DNA of 63,155 nt, counting the filler. It is 5 parts of 5 records of this genome, joined end to end, with 100 filler letters (N's around TTAATTAATTAA, not from the genome) between each part and the next. Parts side by side here need not be neighbours in the genome. Positions count along the whole stretch, not along the records: positions 41,151 to 47,455 come from SRR20825010_4019; positions 47,556 to 60,011 come from SRR20825010_4029; 3 more parts are not named here. One strand, given 5' to 3'. A program made the position numbers and the translations under genes. A model generated the notes under the pieces. The model searched no databases, was not told where the DNA came from, and was given only the letters and a program-made list of their open reading frames with translations. Below are positions 42,145 through 51,466 of this stretch, one piece after another (the stretch's first letter is position 1; every line of letters starts with the position of its first letter).

Positions 42145-42251
42145 CGCAACCCCTCCCGTTTCTTATGTTCCAGTAATTTGTTGTAGCAATTCAGGCCGCC
42201 GGGGTCAGTCCTTTTTTATTTTGCCGAAGAGGGTGAGAATTCGCCCGTCGA

Positions 42252-42977
42252 TCAGGGTGCGGTTGTCAGTTGCTTTCTGGTTGCCGGGGAGACGGGGGCG
42301 ATGAAGGCGGCGCTGGCCATATCGATCAGGTTCTCGACCGCGCGGTCAAAGTTGAATTCGCCCTTTTCCTTCAGCTTGCGGGAGCGCACAGCCTCGATAT
42401 CCGCGACGGCGAAGATGATCATCGACCTGATGGTTGCGATTCTTGTCATTCGCAACTCTGCGGGAATATCGTTAAGCTGGGCCAGCAGCAGCTCATTCAT
42501 CCGCTTGATGCCCCGGTCGGCCTTGCCGGCGATGATATTGTCAAAGCTGACGGTCGGGCTGCGATGCACTTCCAGCAGGAAGCGGTTGTAGAAGCTCGGC
42601 TGCGCTGATTCCTCTATCGGGCGAATGAAGGGAATGACGGCGGTCTCCACAATGCCGCGGATGTCATTGCTGCGGCCCTGTGCCAGTAATTCATCGATCA
42701 TCTTGTTGCGGTGGGAGTCGATTTTGGTGACCCGCCACATGAGGATTGCCTCAATCAGCGCATCGCGAGAGCCGAAGTGATAATGCATGGCGGATGAGTT
42801 GCGCTGGCTCGCGCCTTTCAGGATTTGCTGAAGCGTCACCCCGTCAATGCCGTGAATGGCAAACAACCGTTCCGCGGCGGTGACAATTCTGAGCTTTGTC
42901 CCGTCAATCGCCTGGACTGCGTCTTCCGGCTGTTCCGGATATTCAGCGGTCAACTGTTCAAGGTTGCTGTTTGTCAT
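42252..42977 (-). CDS. TetR family transcriptional regulator
   Basis: IVTAAERLFA.HG..GVTLQQI..ASQRNSSAMHYHFGSRDAL HTH. Confidence 0.92.
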   Translation of the reverse strand: MTNSNLEQLTAEYPEQPEDAVQAIDGTKLRIVTAAERLFAIHGIDGVTLQQILKGASQRNSSAMHYHFGSRDALIEAILMWRVTKIDSHRNKMIDELLAQGRSNDIRGIVETAVIPFIRPIEESAQPSFYNRFLLEVHRSPTVSFDNIIAGKADRGIKRMNELLLAQLNDIPAELRMTRIATIRSMIIFAVADIEAVRSRKLKEKGEFNFDRAVENLIDMASAAFIAPVSPATRKQLTTAP

Positions 42978-43027
42978 GGAGGCGGTTTTCTCAAAATTTC
43001 AGTTGTATCTATTCACATATTAAGCCC

Positions 43028-43089
43028 TTGACAAATTAATCACAAGCAATTAATCAATATCAATTAATGAATATCCATTAATACATAAC
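43028..43089. promoter_or_regulatory. TetR/TauD divergent promoter with 4x ATTAAT at exact 14-bp period
   Basis: TTGACA at 43028; ATTAAT at 43035, 43049, 43063 and 43077; the last pair forms ATTAATG-N6-CATTAAT. Confidence 0.65.
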
Positions 43090-43107
43090 AAGGATAAGGA
43101 GAGGGAA

Positions 43108-43977
43108 ATGGTGATGTTGAATGTCGTAGCGGACAAGCTGCATTTTGAGCCAATGACAGTAAGGCTCGGCGCGGTCGTGTCAGGATTGGATCTCCGGCAA
43201 GATCTCGATCAGGAGGTTGTGGACCAGCTTTCCGATGCGCTGGTCAGATACAAGGTCCTGTTCTTCCGCAATCAGGATATTACGCGCGCGCAGCATCTCG
43301 CTTTCGGCCGACGGTTTGGCGAGCTTGAGATTCACCCCCTTACGCAACATAAGGCAGGGTTCAAGACGCAGGATATCGACCCGGAAATCATGGTCGTGGA
43401 AAGCACTGCAAAATCGCAGATAACAGCAGATGAATGGCATAGCGATGTGACCTGGCGGAAAGATCCGTCGCTCGGATCAATCCTGAGGTGCATCATTTCA
43501 CCCAGAGTTGGCGGCGATACGCTTTGGGCGGATATGGAGGCGGCCTATGAAGGGCTGGACGATGACACCAAGGCGGAAATTGAGGACCTGACCGCCATGC
43601 ATGACTGGAAACCCTTCCGTCAGGCGATGTATGCCCAGCCGGGAACCGAGGAACTGGTCAAGGAACTGAAAGCCAAATTCCCGCCGTCGGAGCATCCCAT
43701 CGTCCGCACCCATCCCGTTTCAGGGCGCAAAGCGCTCTATGTAAACAATCCTTTCACCACAAATATCAAAGGCAAGACCAGGCAAGAAAGCGCGGAGCTG
43801 CTGACCAAACTCTATCGGACCGCGTCGACGCCGGATTATCAGGTGCGTTTTCGTTGGGAGCCCGGTTCCATTGCCTTCTGGGATAATCGCAGCACCCAGC
43901 ATTATGCCGTCGGGGATTTCTTCCCGGAGCACCGCCTGCTGGAGCGGGTAACCGTCGCGGGCGACCGTCCTTTCTAA
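43108..43977 (+). CDS. TauD/TfdA Fe(II)/2-oxoglutarate dioxygenase
   Basis: VLFFRNQ, WHSDVT, GGDTLW, HPIVRTHPVSG, FWDNRSTQH. Confidence 0.95.
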   Translation: MVMLNVVADKLHFEPMTVRLGAVVSGLDLRQDLDQEVVDQLSDALVRYKVLFFRNQDITRAQHLAFGRRFGELEIHPLTQHKAGFKTQDIDPEIMVVESTAKSQITADEWHSDVTWRKDPSLGSILRCIISPRVGGDTLWADMEAAYEGLDDDTKAEIEDLTAMHDWKPFRQAMYAQPGTEELVKELKAKFPPSEHPIVRTHPVSGRKALYVNNPFTTNIKGKTRQESAELLTKLYRTASTPDYQVRFRWEPGSIAFWDNRSTQHYAVGDFFPEHRLLERVTVAGDRPF

Positions 43978-43985
43978 CACCGCTG

Positions 43986-44882
43986 TCACGCCTTATTCGT
44001 TTTGCGGAACAGGGTGAGAATGCGACCGTCGATCAGGGCGAGGCCGGCGAAAATGATGGCTGTGCCGACAAGCGAGAGGGGGTGGATCGCCTCGTTGAGG
44101 ATACCTACACCAAGGAGAAGGGCGGTCACCGGGATCAGGAAGGTCACCAGCAGCAGATTGACCGCGCCCGCAAGCGCCAGCAGACGGAAATAGAGGATAT
44201 AGGCGAGCGCGGTCCCAAAGAGGGCGAGGGCGATAACGGCCCCGAGGCTGATCCAGTCCGGGCTGGCCGCGAACGGTTTATCCACTATCAACGCCACGGG
44301 CAGCATGATCACGCTGGAACAGGCGAGCATCCCGAAGGCGTTGACCAGCGCCGATGTCCCCGTCAGGCGCTTGCCCCAGATCCCCGCGAACCCGTAGGAA
44401 AGCGCCGCGCCGAGAATGGCGATCTGCCCGATGCTTTCGAAATTGAACCCCTCTGCCAGACTTGGCTTCATCATGACGACCACGCCGCCATAGCCGATCA
44501 GGACGCCGAAAAGCTTGTGGCGGTTGAGTTTTTCGTCCGCCGTGAGGAAATGCGCGAGGATAACCGCGAAAAGCGGTGTCGTCGCGTTCAGGATCGAGGC
44601 GACGCTGCCCGTGATATGCGTTTGCCCCCAGACAATCAGGCTGAAGGGGATGATATTGTTGAGCGCTCCCATCACAAGAAACGCGCCCCAAAGCGACAAA
44701 TCGCGGGGGATCGCCTCGCCTTTGATCTTGAGATAGGTAAATAGCGCGAGCGCAGCGATCAGCACTCGCAGGCAGACGATGGTAAAGGGCGTGAAATCCT
44801 CAAGCGCCAGCTCGATAAAGAAAAAGGTGCCGCCCCAGAGAAACGACAGCACAAGCAGAATAACCCAGGCACGCGACGACAT
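43986..44882 (-). CDS. DMT/EamA family transporter
   Basis: About 10 TM segments; LWGGTF, NNIIPF, ASILNATTP, GTALAY. Confidence 0.9.
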   Translation of the reverse strand: MSSRAWVILLVLSFLWGGTFFFIELALEDFTPFTIVCLRVLIAALALFTYLKIKGEAIPRDLSLWGAFLVMGALNNIIPFSLIVWGQTHITGSVASILNATTPLFAVILAHFLTADEKLNRHKLFGVLIGYGGVVVMMKPSLAEGFNFESIGQIAILGAALSYGFAGIWGKRLTGTSALVNAFGMLACSSVIMLPVALIVDKPFAASPDWISLGAVIALALFGTALAYILYFRLLALAGAVNLLLVTFLIPVTALLLGVGILNEAIHPLSLVGTAIIFAGLALIDGRILTLFRKTNKA

Positions 44883-45020
44883 ATTTTTCCCTCATATCCG
44901 GAAACCCCGGTGGATTCACAATGTCACTTTCCGCCCGTTAAAACTATCCGAAATCAGGCATGATATTCGAATTTGGCTTTGCCATGGACAAAGGCGGTCA
45001 AGATTGCTAGCTTGCGCGGC

Positions 45021-45138
45021 GTCATAGGGGAGTAGTCCGCTCAACTTCGGTTGCGTGAGCCTGTCAACATACTCAAGCCCTCAAGGCTTGTGGCAGGTTC
45101 GCATTGCAAACACTCGCAATGCCGACAAGACCTAAGGC
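45021..45138 (+). ncRNA. yybP-ykoY (Mn2+) riboswitch
   Basis: Conserved GGGGAGTAG 5' motif, GTCAACATACT loop and ACAAGACC 3' motif; upstream of a UPF0016 exporter. Confidence 0.85.
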
Positions 45139-45204
45139 AAATAACGGCCCATCCGCGGGAGGCCGGTGTTTGTCTTTGGTTTATTGTCCCGCCGGAAGAT
45201 TTAT

Positions 45205-45768
45205 ATGGAAGCCTTTTTTACCTCCGTCCTCACCGTCGCGCTCGCGGAAATCGGCGACAAGACCCAGCTCCTCTCCCTGTTTCTGATCGCCCGGTTCAAC
45301 AAGCCATGGAGCATTATTGCCGGTATTCTGATCGCCACGCTTCTTAATCATGCGGCGTCGGCGTGGGCGGGGGTGTGGCTCGGGCAGTTTCTTGAAAGCA
45401 CAGCGGGGGTATGGGTCATCGGCGGCAGCTTTATCGTTGTTGGCCTTTGGCTGCTTATTCCGGATAAGGAGGGTGAGCCGACATCGCGCTGGGATACTTA
45501 TGGCGCGTTTCTTGTCTCCCTGATCCTCTTTTTCCTTGCCGAGATTGGTGACAAGACACAAATCGCGACGGTTCTTCTGGGCGCGAACTTCGGCTCGCTG
45601 GTCCTTGTTACCCTTGGTACGACCCTCGGGATGCTGGTCGCCAATGTGCCGGTTATTTTCTTCGGGGCGGCCCTGATGCGGCATATCCCGCTGCGCGCCG
45701 CGCGGACTGCCGCCGCCGTGGTCTTCGTGGCGACCGGCCTTTATTCGCTGGTGACAGGCCTTGCATGA
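45205..45768 (+). CDS. TMEM165/GDT1 (UPF0016) putative Mn2+ exporter
   Basis: Two EIGDKTQ motifs; start MEAFFTS. Confidence 0.93.
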   Translation: MEAFFTSVLTVALAEIGDKTQLLSLFLIARFNKPWSIIAGILIATLLNHAASAWAGVWLGQFLESTAGVWVIGGSFIVVGLWLLIPDKEGEPTSRWDTYGAFLVSLILFFLAEIGDKTQIATVLLGANFGSLVLVTLGTTLGMLVANVPVIFFGAALMRHIPLRAARTAAAVVFVATGLYSLVTGLA

Positions 45769-45796
45769 TGCAGATCGTTCTGGTTGGAGATGATGT

Positions 45797-45810
45797 TTGA
45801 TTCATATCAA
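45797..45810. promoter_or_regulatory. FNR/FnrL/FixK box
   Basis: Perfect TTGAT-TCAT-ATCAA about 60 bp upstream of the DksA/TraR gene. Confidence 0.8.
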
Positions 45811-45868
45811 TGCTATTTCCGCGAAACGGCACTATTTGAAGAAACAGGATCTTTCAGGAGGATAAGCC

Positions 45869-46183
45869 GTGGATATCAAAGCAGCCGAAAAGAAATTACG
45901 GGACAAGCTCGCAGAAGAGGTCAATCGGCTGGAATCGATTGAGCAGCGACTGCGTGGCACTCACAGTGCTTCCTTCGGGGAACAGGCCATCGAGCGCGAG
46001 GGCGATGAGGTGGATGAGCGGATGGAAGAAACCGTGATCCGTGAGATCGAGATGATCAAGGTTGCTCTGGAACGGATCGAGGCCGGGAACTACCGGACCT
46101 GCACCTCCTGCGGCGGTGACATCAGCGAAGCCCGTCTTGTGGCACTGCCCTATACCACCGTCTGCATTGCTTGCGCGGTTTAG
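45869..46183 (+). CDS. TraR/DksA C4-type zinc finger protein
   Basis: Coiled coil, ALERIEAGNY..CTSCG..I...RL.ALP....CIAC; AGGAGG SD. Confidence 0.9.
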   Translation: MDIKAAEKKLRDKLAEEVNRLESIEQRLRGTHSASFGEQAIEREGDEVDERMEETVIREIEMIKVALERIEAGNYRTCTSCGGDISEARLVALPYTTVCIACAV

Positions 46184-46190
46184 CGCCACG

Positions 46191-47168
46191 CTAATCCGTG
46201 AGGCATTCCGCGAGGTTATCCGCCAATGTATTCATCATTGTAAAATAGAGGTCCTCGCCCGGTTCGAGGTCCGCACCAAGTGGGTCGAGCACACCAAGCT
46301 TGACCGGAAGCCCCTCTGCGGCCGTTTGTAACAGCCGGTCATCGAACTGGGGTTCCCGGAAGATGCAGACAGCACTGGTTTCCTGTATTTTCTCCCGGAT
46401 TTCCTTCAGCCGCTTCGCCGAGGCGGGGGCGTCCGGCTCCAGAGTGAGGGACCCCACGGCCATCAGGTCATAGCGTGCCTCGAAATAGGGATAGGCGTCA
46501 TGCAGCACGATATAGGACCTCCCCTTTAGCGGGGCGAGGCGGGCGCGCAGTTCCGCGTCCAGCTCGTTAAGCCGGGCGATCTGTTTTTGCGCATTTTCTT
46601 TATAAACCGTCCGGTTCTCCGGATAGAGGCGACCCAGCTCAACAGTGACGGCACGGGTTATATATATGGCATTTTCCGGGTCCAGCCACAGATGCAGGTT
46701 GTCCGCCTCTATGCCGTGGCCGCCGTGATCATCATGACCCTCTTTTTCGTGATCATCGTGATCATCACTGTGGGCATGGCTGTGGCCATGATCATGATGA
46801 TCTTCGTCCCAGGCGCCGCCCTCGCGTCGCTCCAGGAGCTTTACTCCTTCCGCATAGGAGAGCGGAACTTTTTTCACATCTTCGGGCAGGGACGCCAGCG
46901 CATTTTTCAGGAAACTTTCGAACGCCTCGTCTATATAGAAGACGGCCCCGGCATCCTGCAGGTCGCTCACCTGTGACGGTTTGAGCGAAAAGCCATGCGG
47001 TGACGCGATGCCGGTGATGAGAAGTGTTGCGTCCCCCGTCTCGCCCATGACACCCTGAACCAGGGAATGCAGCGGCTTGATTGTGGTGACAACCGCCGCT
47101 TTTTCAGCGGCAAAGGCGCTCGCGGGCAACAGGAACAAAATGATAAGGCGGAAAAGAAAACGTGTCAT
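46191..47168 (-). CDS. znuA: Zinc ABC transporter periplasmic binding protein
   Basis: TTIKPLHSLV, SPH, His/Asp-rich loop, HLWLDP, HDAY, CIFREPQF, LDPLG. Confidence 0.95.
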   Translation of the reverse strand: MTRFLFRLIILFLLPASAFAAEKAAVVTTIKPLHSLVQGVMGETGDATLLITGIASPHGFSLKPSQVSDLQDAGAVFYIDEAFESFLKNALASLPEDVKKVPLSYAEGVKLLERREGGAWDEDHHDHGHSHAHSDDHDDHEKEGHDDHGGHGIEADNLHLWLDPENAIYITRAVTVELGRLYPENRTVYKENAQKQIARLNELDAELRARLAPLKGRSYIVLHDAYPYFEARYDLMAVGSLTLEPDAPASAKRLKEIREKIQETSAVCIFREPQFDDRLLQTAAEGLPVKLGVLDPLGADLEPGEDLYFTMMNTLADNLAECLTD

Positions 47169-47205
47169 GGCGGGTCAAATTTCAAGTTTCTGGTTGCGAA
47201 GAAAC

Positions 47206-47228
47206 GGAATGTTATATTATAACATAAC
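47206..47228. promoter_or_regulatory. Zur box
   Basis: ATGTTATA-T-TATAACAT perfect palindrome between divergent znuA and zur. Confidence 0.9.
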
Positions 47229-47258
47229 CATGTCAACCGGCCTTTTGGAAAAAAGATA

Positions 47259-47455
47259 ATGCATAACTGTACGACCCATAGCGACTGTATTGCCGAGGCG
47301 CTCCATCGGGCCGAGGAGATCTGCGATAAGCGGGATTTGCGCTTCACGGATGTCCGGCGCAAGGTGCTGGAGCTGGTCTGGCAAAGCCATGGGCCGATCA
47401 AGGCCTATGATATTCTCGATCAGCTGGATCAACGGATCGCCGCGATCAAGCCGCC
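47259..47455 (+). CDS. zur: Zinc uptake regulator (Fur family), truncated
   Basis: H..C..EAL..AE.IC....RFT.VRR.VLEL...H.PIKAYDIL. Confidence 0.88.
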
Positions 47456-47555
47456 NNNNNNNNNNNNNNNNNNNNNNNNNNNNNNNNNNNNNNNNNNNNT
47501 TAATTAATTAANNNNNNNNNNNNNNNNNNNNNNNNNNNNNNNNNNNNNNNNNNNN
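47456..47555. other. Artificial contig spacer
   Basis: N run with TTAATTAATTAA. Confidence 0.98.
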
Positions 47556-49301
47556 CAGGGCAGCACACGCGCCGAGATGCGCGCGGCACGTCTGGAAGAA
47601 CTCATCACCCACCATCATGAAAGCCTGACCGAACTGGGACGCATGATGGGACAGGAAGCAGACACCGTGTCGCGCGGGCTGCGCGGACAAGTGGAAGCCG
47701 TGCGCGGTCTGATCGGTCAGGCCGAAAAGACCTTGAGCGATGCCGGTACGCGCGTGGTCGCGGAAACTGAATCTCTGGCCCGTGTGAGCGAGGCCGCCCG
47801 CGCAGGTGCCGACAGCACAGCCTCGACACTCGACCGGCAGGCATCGCGCCTCGAAGTGGTCGCCAATACAGCGCTTAACAAAGCCGACGAACTGACCAAC
47901 CGCTACGAGACACAGCGCCAGATCCTGGCCGACGCCTCCAACAGTCTTTCGGCAGAGGGCAGCAAGCTCGAAACCCTGTTCGAAGCCCATCGTGACCATA
48001 TGGCCGAAGTGGGCAGCACGGTAAGCGAACGCACCAAGGAAATTTCTGACGCCGCCGAGACATTGGCAAAGCACGTCAAAGAAACATTCGATCTGGCGGC
48101 TGAACGCGCCAAGACCGTGCGGGCCGAGATCGCGGGCGAAATCACTGCTGCGGTTAGCGAAGTAACCGAAGCGTCCGGCAATATCAGCCGCTCAAGCGGT
48201 GCGGCCACACGTGCCATTGGCGCCACCGTGGAAGAACTGCGCGCTGCCGCCACCGCCCTCACCGACGATCTGGCGACAGCGGCCACGGAGGCCATCACCT
48301 CCACCACCGACGATCTGCGCATTGCCACCAATGCCATGACCTCGGAAGTGACCCGCGCCACCGCCGCACTGAGCGAGAACATCTCCGAGCGCACCCACGA
48401 ATTGCGCGACATGGTGCAGCTGACACTGAACGAAAACGATGTGGCTGCCGAACGCTTCAATGCCGCGATGATCCGTCTGGGCGGCACGGCCCGCGAGGCG
48501 GGTAACGCACTCGACCACGCTGCCTCGGACCTTGAAGCCCGCATGGCGCTGCTGCCGGAAGAAGCCGCCGCCGGTGCCGCGCAACTGACGCAGGTCTTGC
48601 AAGATCAAGTGAGCGCACTGGCTGCGATCGCCGATATTGTTGTGCGCCACGCCCGCGTGCTGGACCGCTCTGCCCCGATGCCTGTCGGTGCCTCAACCCC
48701 GTCAGCCATGGGCGCACCGCCTGCCCCCGCTTCGCAAATGCCAATGCAGAACATGCAGGTGCCGCCGCCGCGCATATTGAGCGAAACTCAAATGCCGCAA
48801 GCCCCTGCTTCCCAGAAGACAAACACACAATCAGCTGTTCGCGGCTGGGGCATTCCTGATTTGCTGGCCGCCGCCGGTCGCGCGCAAGAAACAACAAACA
48901 CTGCACCACCCGCACCCGCCATCGAAAGCGAGAGCGAGTTCCAGCGTTCCTCCTTGCAGATCATCGAAACATTACAGGCACTGGCAGTCGATCTCGACCG
49001 GGCCCTTGAACAAAGCCCTTCGCCTGAACTCTGGCAGCGCTATCAGGCAGGCGAGCGCAATGTCTTTGCCCGCCGCCTCTACAACATGGCCGGTCGCCAG
49101 CTCTATGACCGGATCGGCACAAAGTATCGCGCTGAATCAGAATTCCGCGAACATGTAGACCGCTTCATCGACCTGTTCGAGCGCCTGCTGGCCCAAGCCT
49201 CGGCACGCGACCGCGACAATATTCTGGTCGAGACCTATCTGACTTCGGATACGGGCAAAGTCTATCTGATGCTGGCGCAGACAAGCGGACGTCTGGCCTG
49301 A
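47556..49301 (+). CDS. Large apolipoprotein-like/coiled-coil polar scaffold (GPR/RgsE/TipN-like), 5'-truncated
   Basis: Ala/Thr/Glu-rich amphipathic helical repeats, Pro-rich linker, C-terminal domain LWQRY..GERNVF.RRLY..F...VDRF...FE.LL..YLTSDTGKVYLMLA. Family assignment is from recall. Confidence 0.6.
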   Translation, partial: QGSTRAEMRAARLEELITHHHESLTELGRMMGQEADTVSRGLRGQVEAVRGLIGQAEKTLSDAGTRVVAETESLARVSEAARAGADSTASTLDRQASRLEVVANTALNKADELTNRYETQRQILADASNSLSAEGSKLETLFEAHRDHMAEVGSTVSERTKEISDAAETLAKHVKETFDLAAERAKTVRAEIAGEITAAVSEVTEASGNISRSSGAATRAIGATVEELRAAATALTDDLATAATEAITSTTDDLRIATNAMTSEVTRATAALSENISERTHELRDMVQLTLNENDVAAERFNAAMIRLGGTAREAGNALDHAASDLEARMALLPEEAAAGAAQLTQVLQDQVSALAAIADIVVRHARVLDRSAPMPVGASTPSAMGAPPAPASQMPMQNMQVPPPRILSETQMPQAPASQKTNTQSAVRGWGIPDLLAAAGRAQETTNTAPPAPAIESESEFQRSSLQIIETLQALAVDLDRALEQSPSPELWQRYQAGERNVFARRLYNMAGRQLYDRIGTKYRAESEFREHVDRFIDLFERLLAQASARDRDNILVETYLTSDTGKVYLMLAQTSGRLA

Positions 49302-49320
49302 CGCGCAAACCCGCCAGACA

Positions 49321-49863
49321 CTAGACCGGCTGAAGCGGAAGCTGCGGCCCGTCGGGCAGAACAATGCGGATGGCATCGCCCGCCCGCACCTCGCCGCCCG
49401 CCACGACAACGCCCATGACACCGGCTTTGCGCACAAGATTGCCTTGCGCGTCCTTGTCCAGCACGGCCTTCATCAAGCCCGCCTGAAAACGGTCAAGCTG
49501 AAGACAGGGATTGCGCAAGCCCGTCACCTCGACAAGGGCGGATGCGCCGATGAACAATCGCGTGCCTTGCGGAAGCCCAAGCAAATCAATGCCACGTGTC
49601 GTGATGTTCTCGCCCATATCGCCAGCGGAGACAGCAAACCCCGCCGCCTGAAGCTCGTCATGCAACTCGCCATGAATGAGATGGACCTGCCGCAAATTGG
49701 GCTGCGAGGGATCACGCGCCACGCGCGAGCGGTGCTGCACCGTGACACCCATATGCGCGTCACCGGCAACACCCTGCCCCGCCACAAGCCGGATCACATC
49801 GCAGAGCGGCTTGCTGAAAGCATGCTCGCCATCGCAGGCGACAGCCTGAACACGGGCCGTCAT
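49321..49863 (-). CDS. MOSC domain protein
   Basis: GVAGDAH, RQVHLI, GENITT, VTGLRNPC.QLD. Confidence 0.9.
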   Translation of the reverse strand: MTARVQAVACDGEHAFSKPLCDVIRLVAGQGVAGDAHMGVTVQHRSRVARDPSQPNLRQVHLIHGELHDELQAAGFAVSAGDMGENITTRGIDLLGLPQGTRLFIGASALVEVTGLRNPCLQLDRFQAGLMKAVLDKDAQGNLVRKAGVMGVVVAGGEVRAGDAIRIVLPDGPQLPLQPV

Positions 49864-49865
49864 GC

Positions 49866-50510
49866 CTAGCGCCTCACCTCAGCCACCACACCGGCATCAG
49901 AGGTGCTATCAACCGTCCATTGGGTGACATCTGCCAGAACCTGCCCCAATGCGGCATCAAAAGCGGCAACGATAAGCGTCATTCCGCTGCCATCCACCGG
50001 CACGATGCGCTTGAAATCCCGCGCGACGACAACCTGCCGGTTTTCGCGCGAGACGAGACGCAGATAGAGATCGACCTCAACATGGGTCTTGTCATTGATC
50101 TTCACAACCGCGAACTGGCGCATGTCGCCCTTGATCATATAGCTGCCATTGATCTCGGCACCGCGCGGGGCAACAGAAGCAAAGCGTCCCGAATTTTCAA
50201 GGCTCTCGACCAGCAGCGCCTGCACCATGAGCGGGGCAAGATCGACCCAGCGCGCACCAGCAATATATTTGAGTTCGTTGGGCACCGGCTGATAGGCCAC
50301 GCGGGCCGTATCAAGCGCGGCATTGGCCCCCAGCTCGTCAACCAGAATGCCGACCTTGCTGCGAACCGGCATCTCGTCTGCCGAAGGCAATGCAGGCGAC
50401 GTGAGTGTGTAAAGCTGCGGCGCGGGGCCACTGGCAATATCTGTCAGAGCACAACCGCCAAGAGAGGCGGCCATGAGCGCGATCACGCATGATTTGATGA
50501 CGAGTTTCAT
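49866..50510 (-). CDS. ABC-type transport auxiliary lipoprotein (PqiC-like)
   Basis: Lipobox LGGC; ARWVD.AP.MVQ..LVESLENSG. Confidence 0.85.
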   Translation of the reverse strand: MKLVIKSCVIALMAASLGGCALTDIASGPAPQLYTLTSPALPSADEMPVRSKVGILVDELGANAALDTARVAYQPVPNELKYIAGARWVDLAPLMVQALLVESLENSGRFASVAPRGAEINGSYMIKGDMRQFAVVKINDKTHVEVDLYLRLVSRENRQVVVARDFKRIVPVDGSGMTLIVAAFDAALGQVLADVTQWTVDSTSDAGVVAEVRR

Positions 50511-51427
50511 GGTGCTTCCACTTCAGGAACATTGTTGCCGATGACAAAGCGGGCCGGATCGTCCTGCGCGCGCGAAGCGATGCGATCCAGTGAGGCGACC
50601 AAAGTACGCATGTCGCGCACAAGGTCCGGGATCTGGTCGAGACCATTATTGGCCAGACGATCAATGGCGGGTCCATTGGTCTTGACGAGACTGTCGAGAC
50701 TATCTGCCAGTTCACGATAAGAAGTGGACGTGGCCTGCGCATCGGCAATGAACCGCTTGGCATCATTGCGCACCAGACTGTCCGCACCTTCGCTCATCTG
50801 CCTGAGATGCTTTGAAGCATCCGACAAATCGGTCACGGCCTGCTTGATCTCGTTGGAGCTGCCTGCAAGAGCCGCCGACAGCTTGTCGAGATTGGCAAGT
50901 GTATTGGCGATAGACGTCTGGTTCTGGCGCACCACCTCGCCCAGATCGCTGATCAGGCGGTTTGCATTCTGCAAGGTTTCGGGGGCGGCTTCCGCAAGTT
51001 CCTGAAAGGTCGAAGGCGTGCCCTTGATGAGCGGATATTCTGCTGAGCTTACATCACGCAAAAGCTTTGACCCCGGACTGCCACCTGTGAGCTGCACCAC
51101 CGCGACACCTGTAATACCGGAAGCTTCAAGCTGGGCAATGGAGTCTTCCTTCACAGGCGTATATGCATCCACCTGAATAATGGCGAGAACCTGCGAGGGA
51201 TCCTTCTCGTCCAGTTGCAAGTCGACCACGCGGCCAACCGGCAGACCGTTGAACTGCACCTGCCCCGACTTGCTCAAGCCCGACACCGAGCCCTGAAAGA
51301 CGATCTTGTAATAGGCGTAAGTCTGGTCGAGCTGCAACCGACTGAGCCAGAAGGAAAACAACAGGATCGCCACCAGCACGACAAGTGTCGCAACGCCGAT
51401 GAGTACATTGTTGGATTTGATTTCCAT
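50507..51427 (-). CDS. MCE/MlaD family protein
   Basis: N-terminal TM; F..SVSGL...V.FNGLPVGRV, GITGV; helical C-terminus. Confidence 0.9.
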   Translation of the reverse strand: MEIKSNNVLIGVATLVVLVAILLFSFWLSRLQLDQTYAYYKIVFQGSVSGLSKSGQVQFNGLPVGRVVDLQLDEKDPSQVLAIIQVDAYTPVKEDSIAQLEASGITGVAVVQLTGGSPGSKLLRDVSSAEYPLIKGTPSTFQELAEAAPETLQNANRLISDLGEVVRQNQTSIANTLANLDKLSAALAGSSNEIKQAVTDLSDASKHLRQMSEGADSLVRNDAKRFIADAQATSTSYRELADSLDSLVKTNGPAIDRLANNGLDQIPDLVRDMRTLVASLDRIASRAQDDPARFVIGNNVPEVEAP

Positions 51428-51466
51428 GATGTGGTTCCTGTACCGCCTTTAGAGTGCCGACCCGCT

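Noticed and set aside
46720..46810. His/Asp-rich repetitive DNA
   Set aside because: Normal ZnuA His-rich loop.
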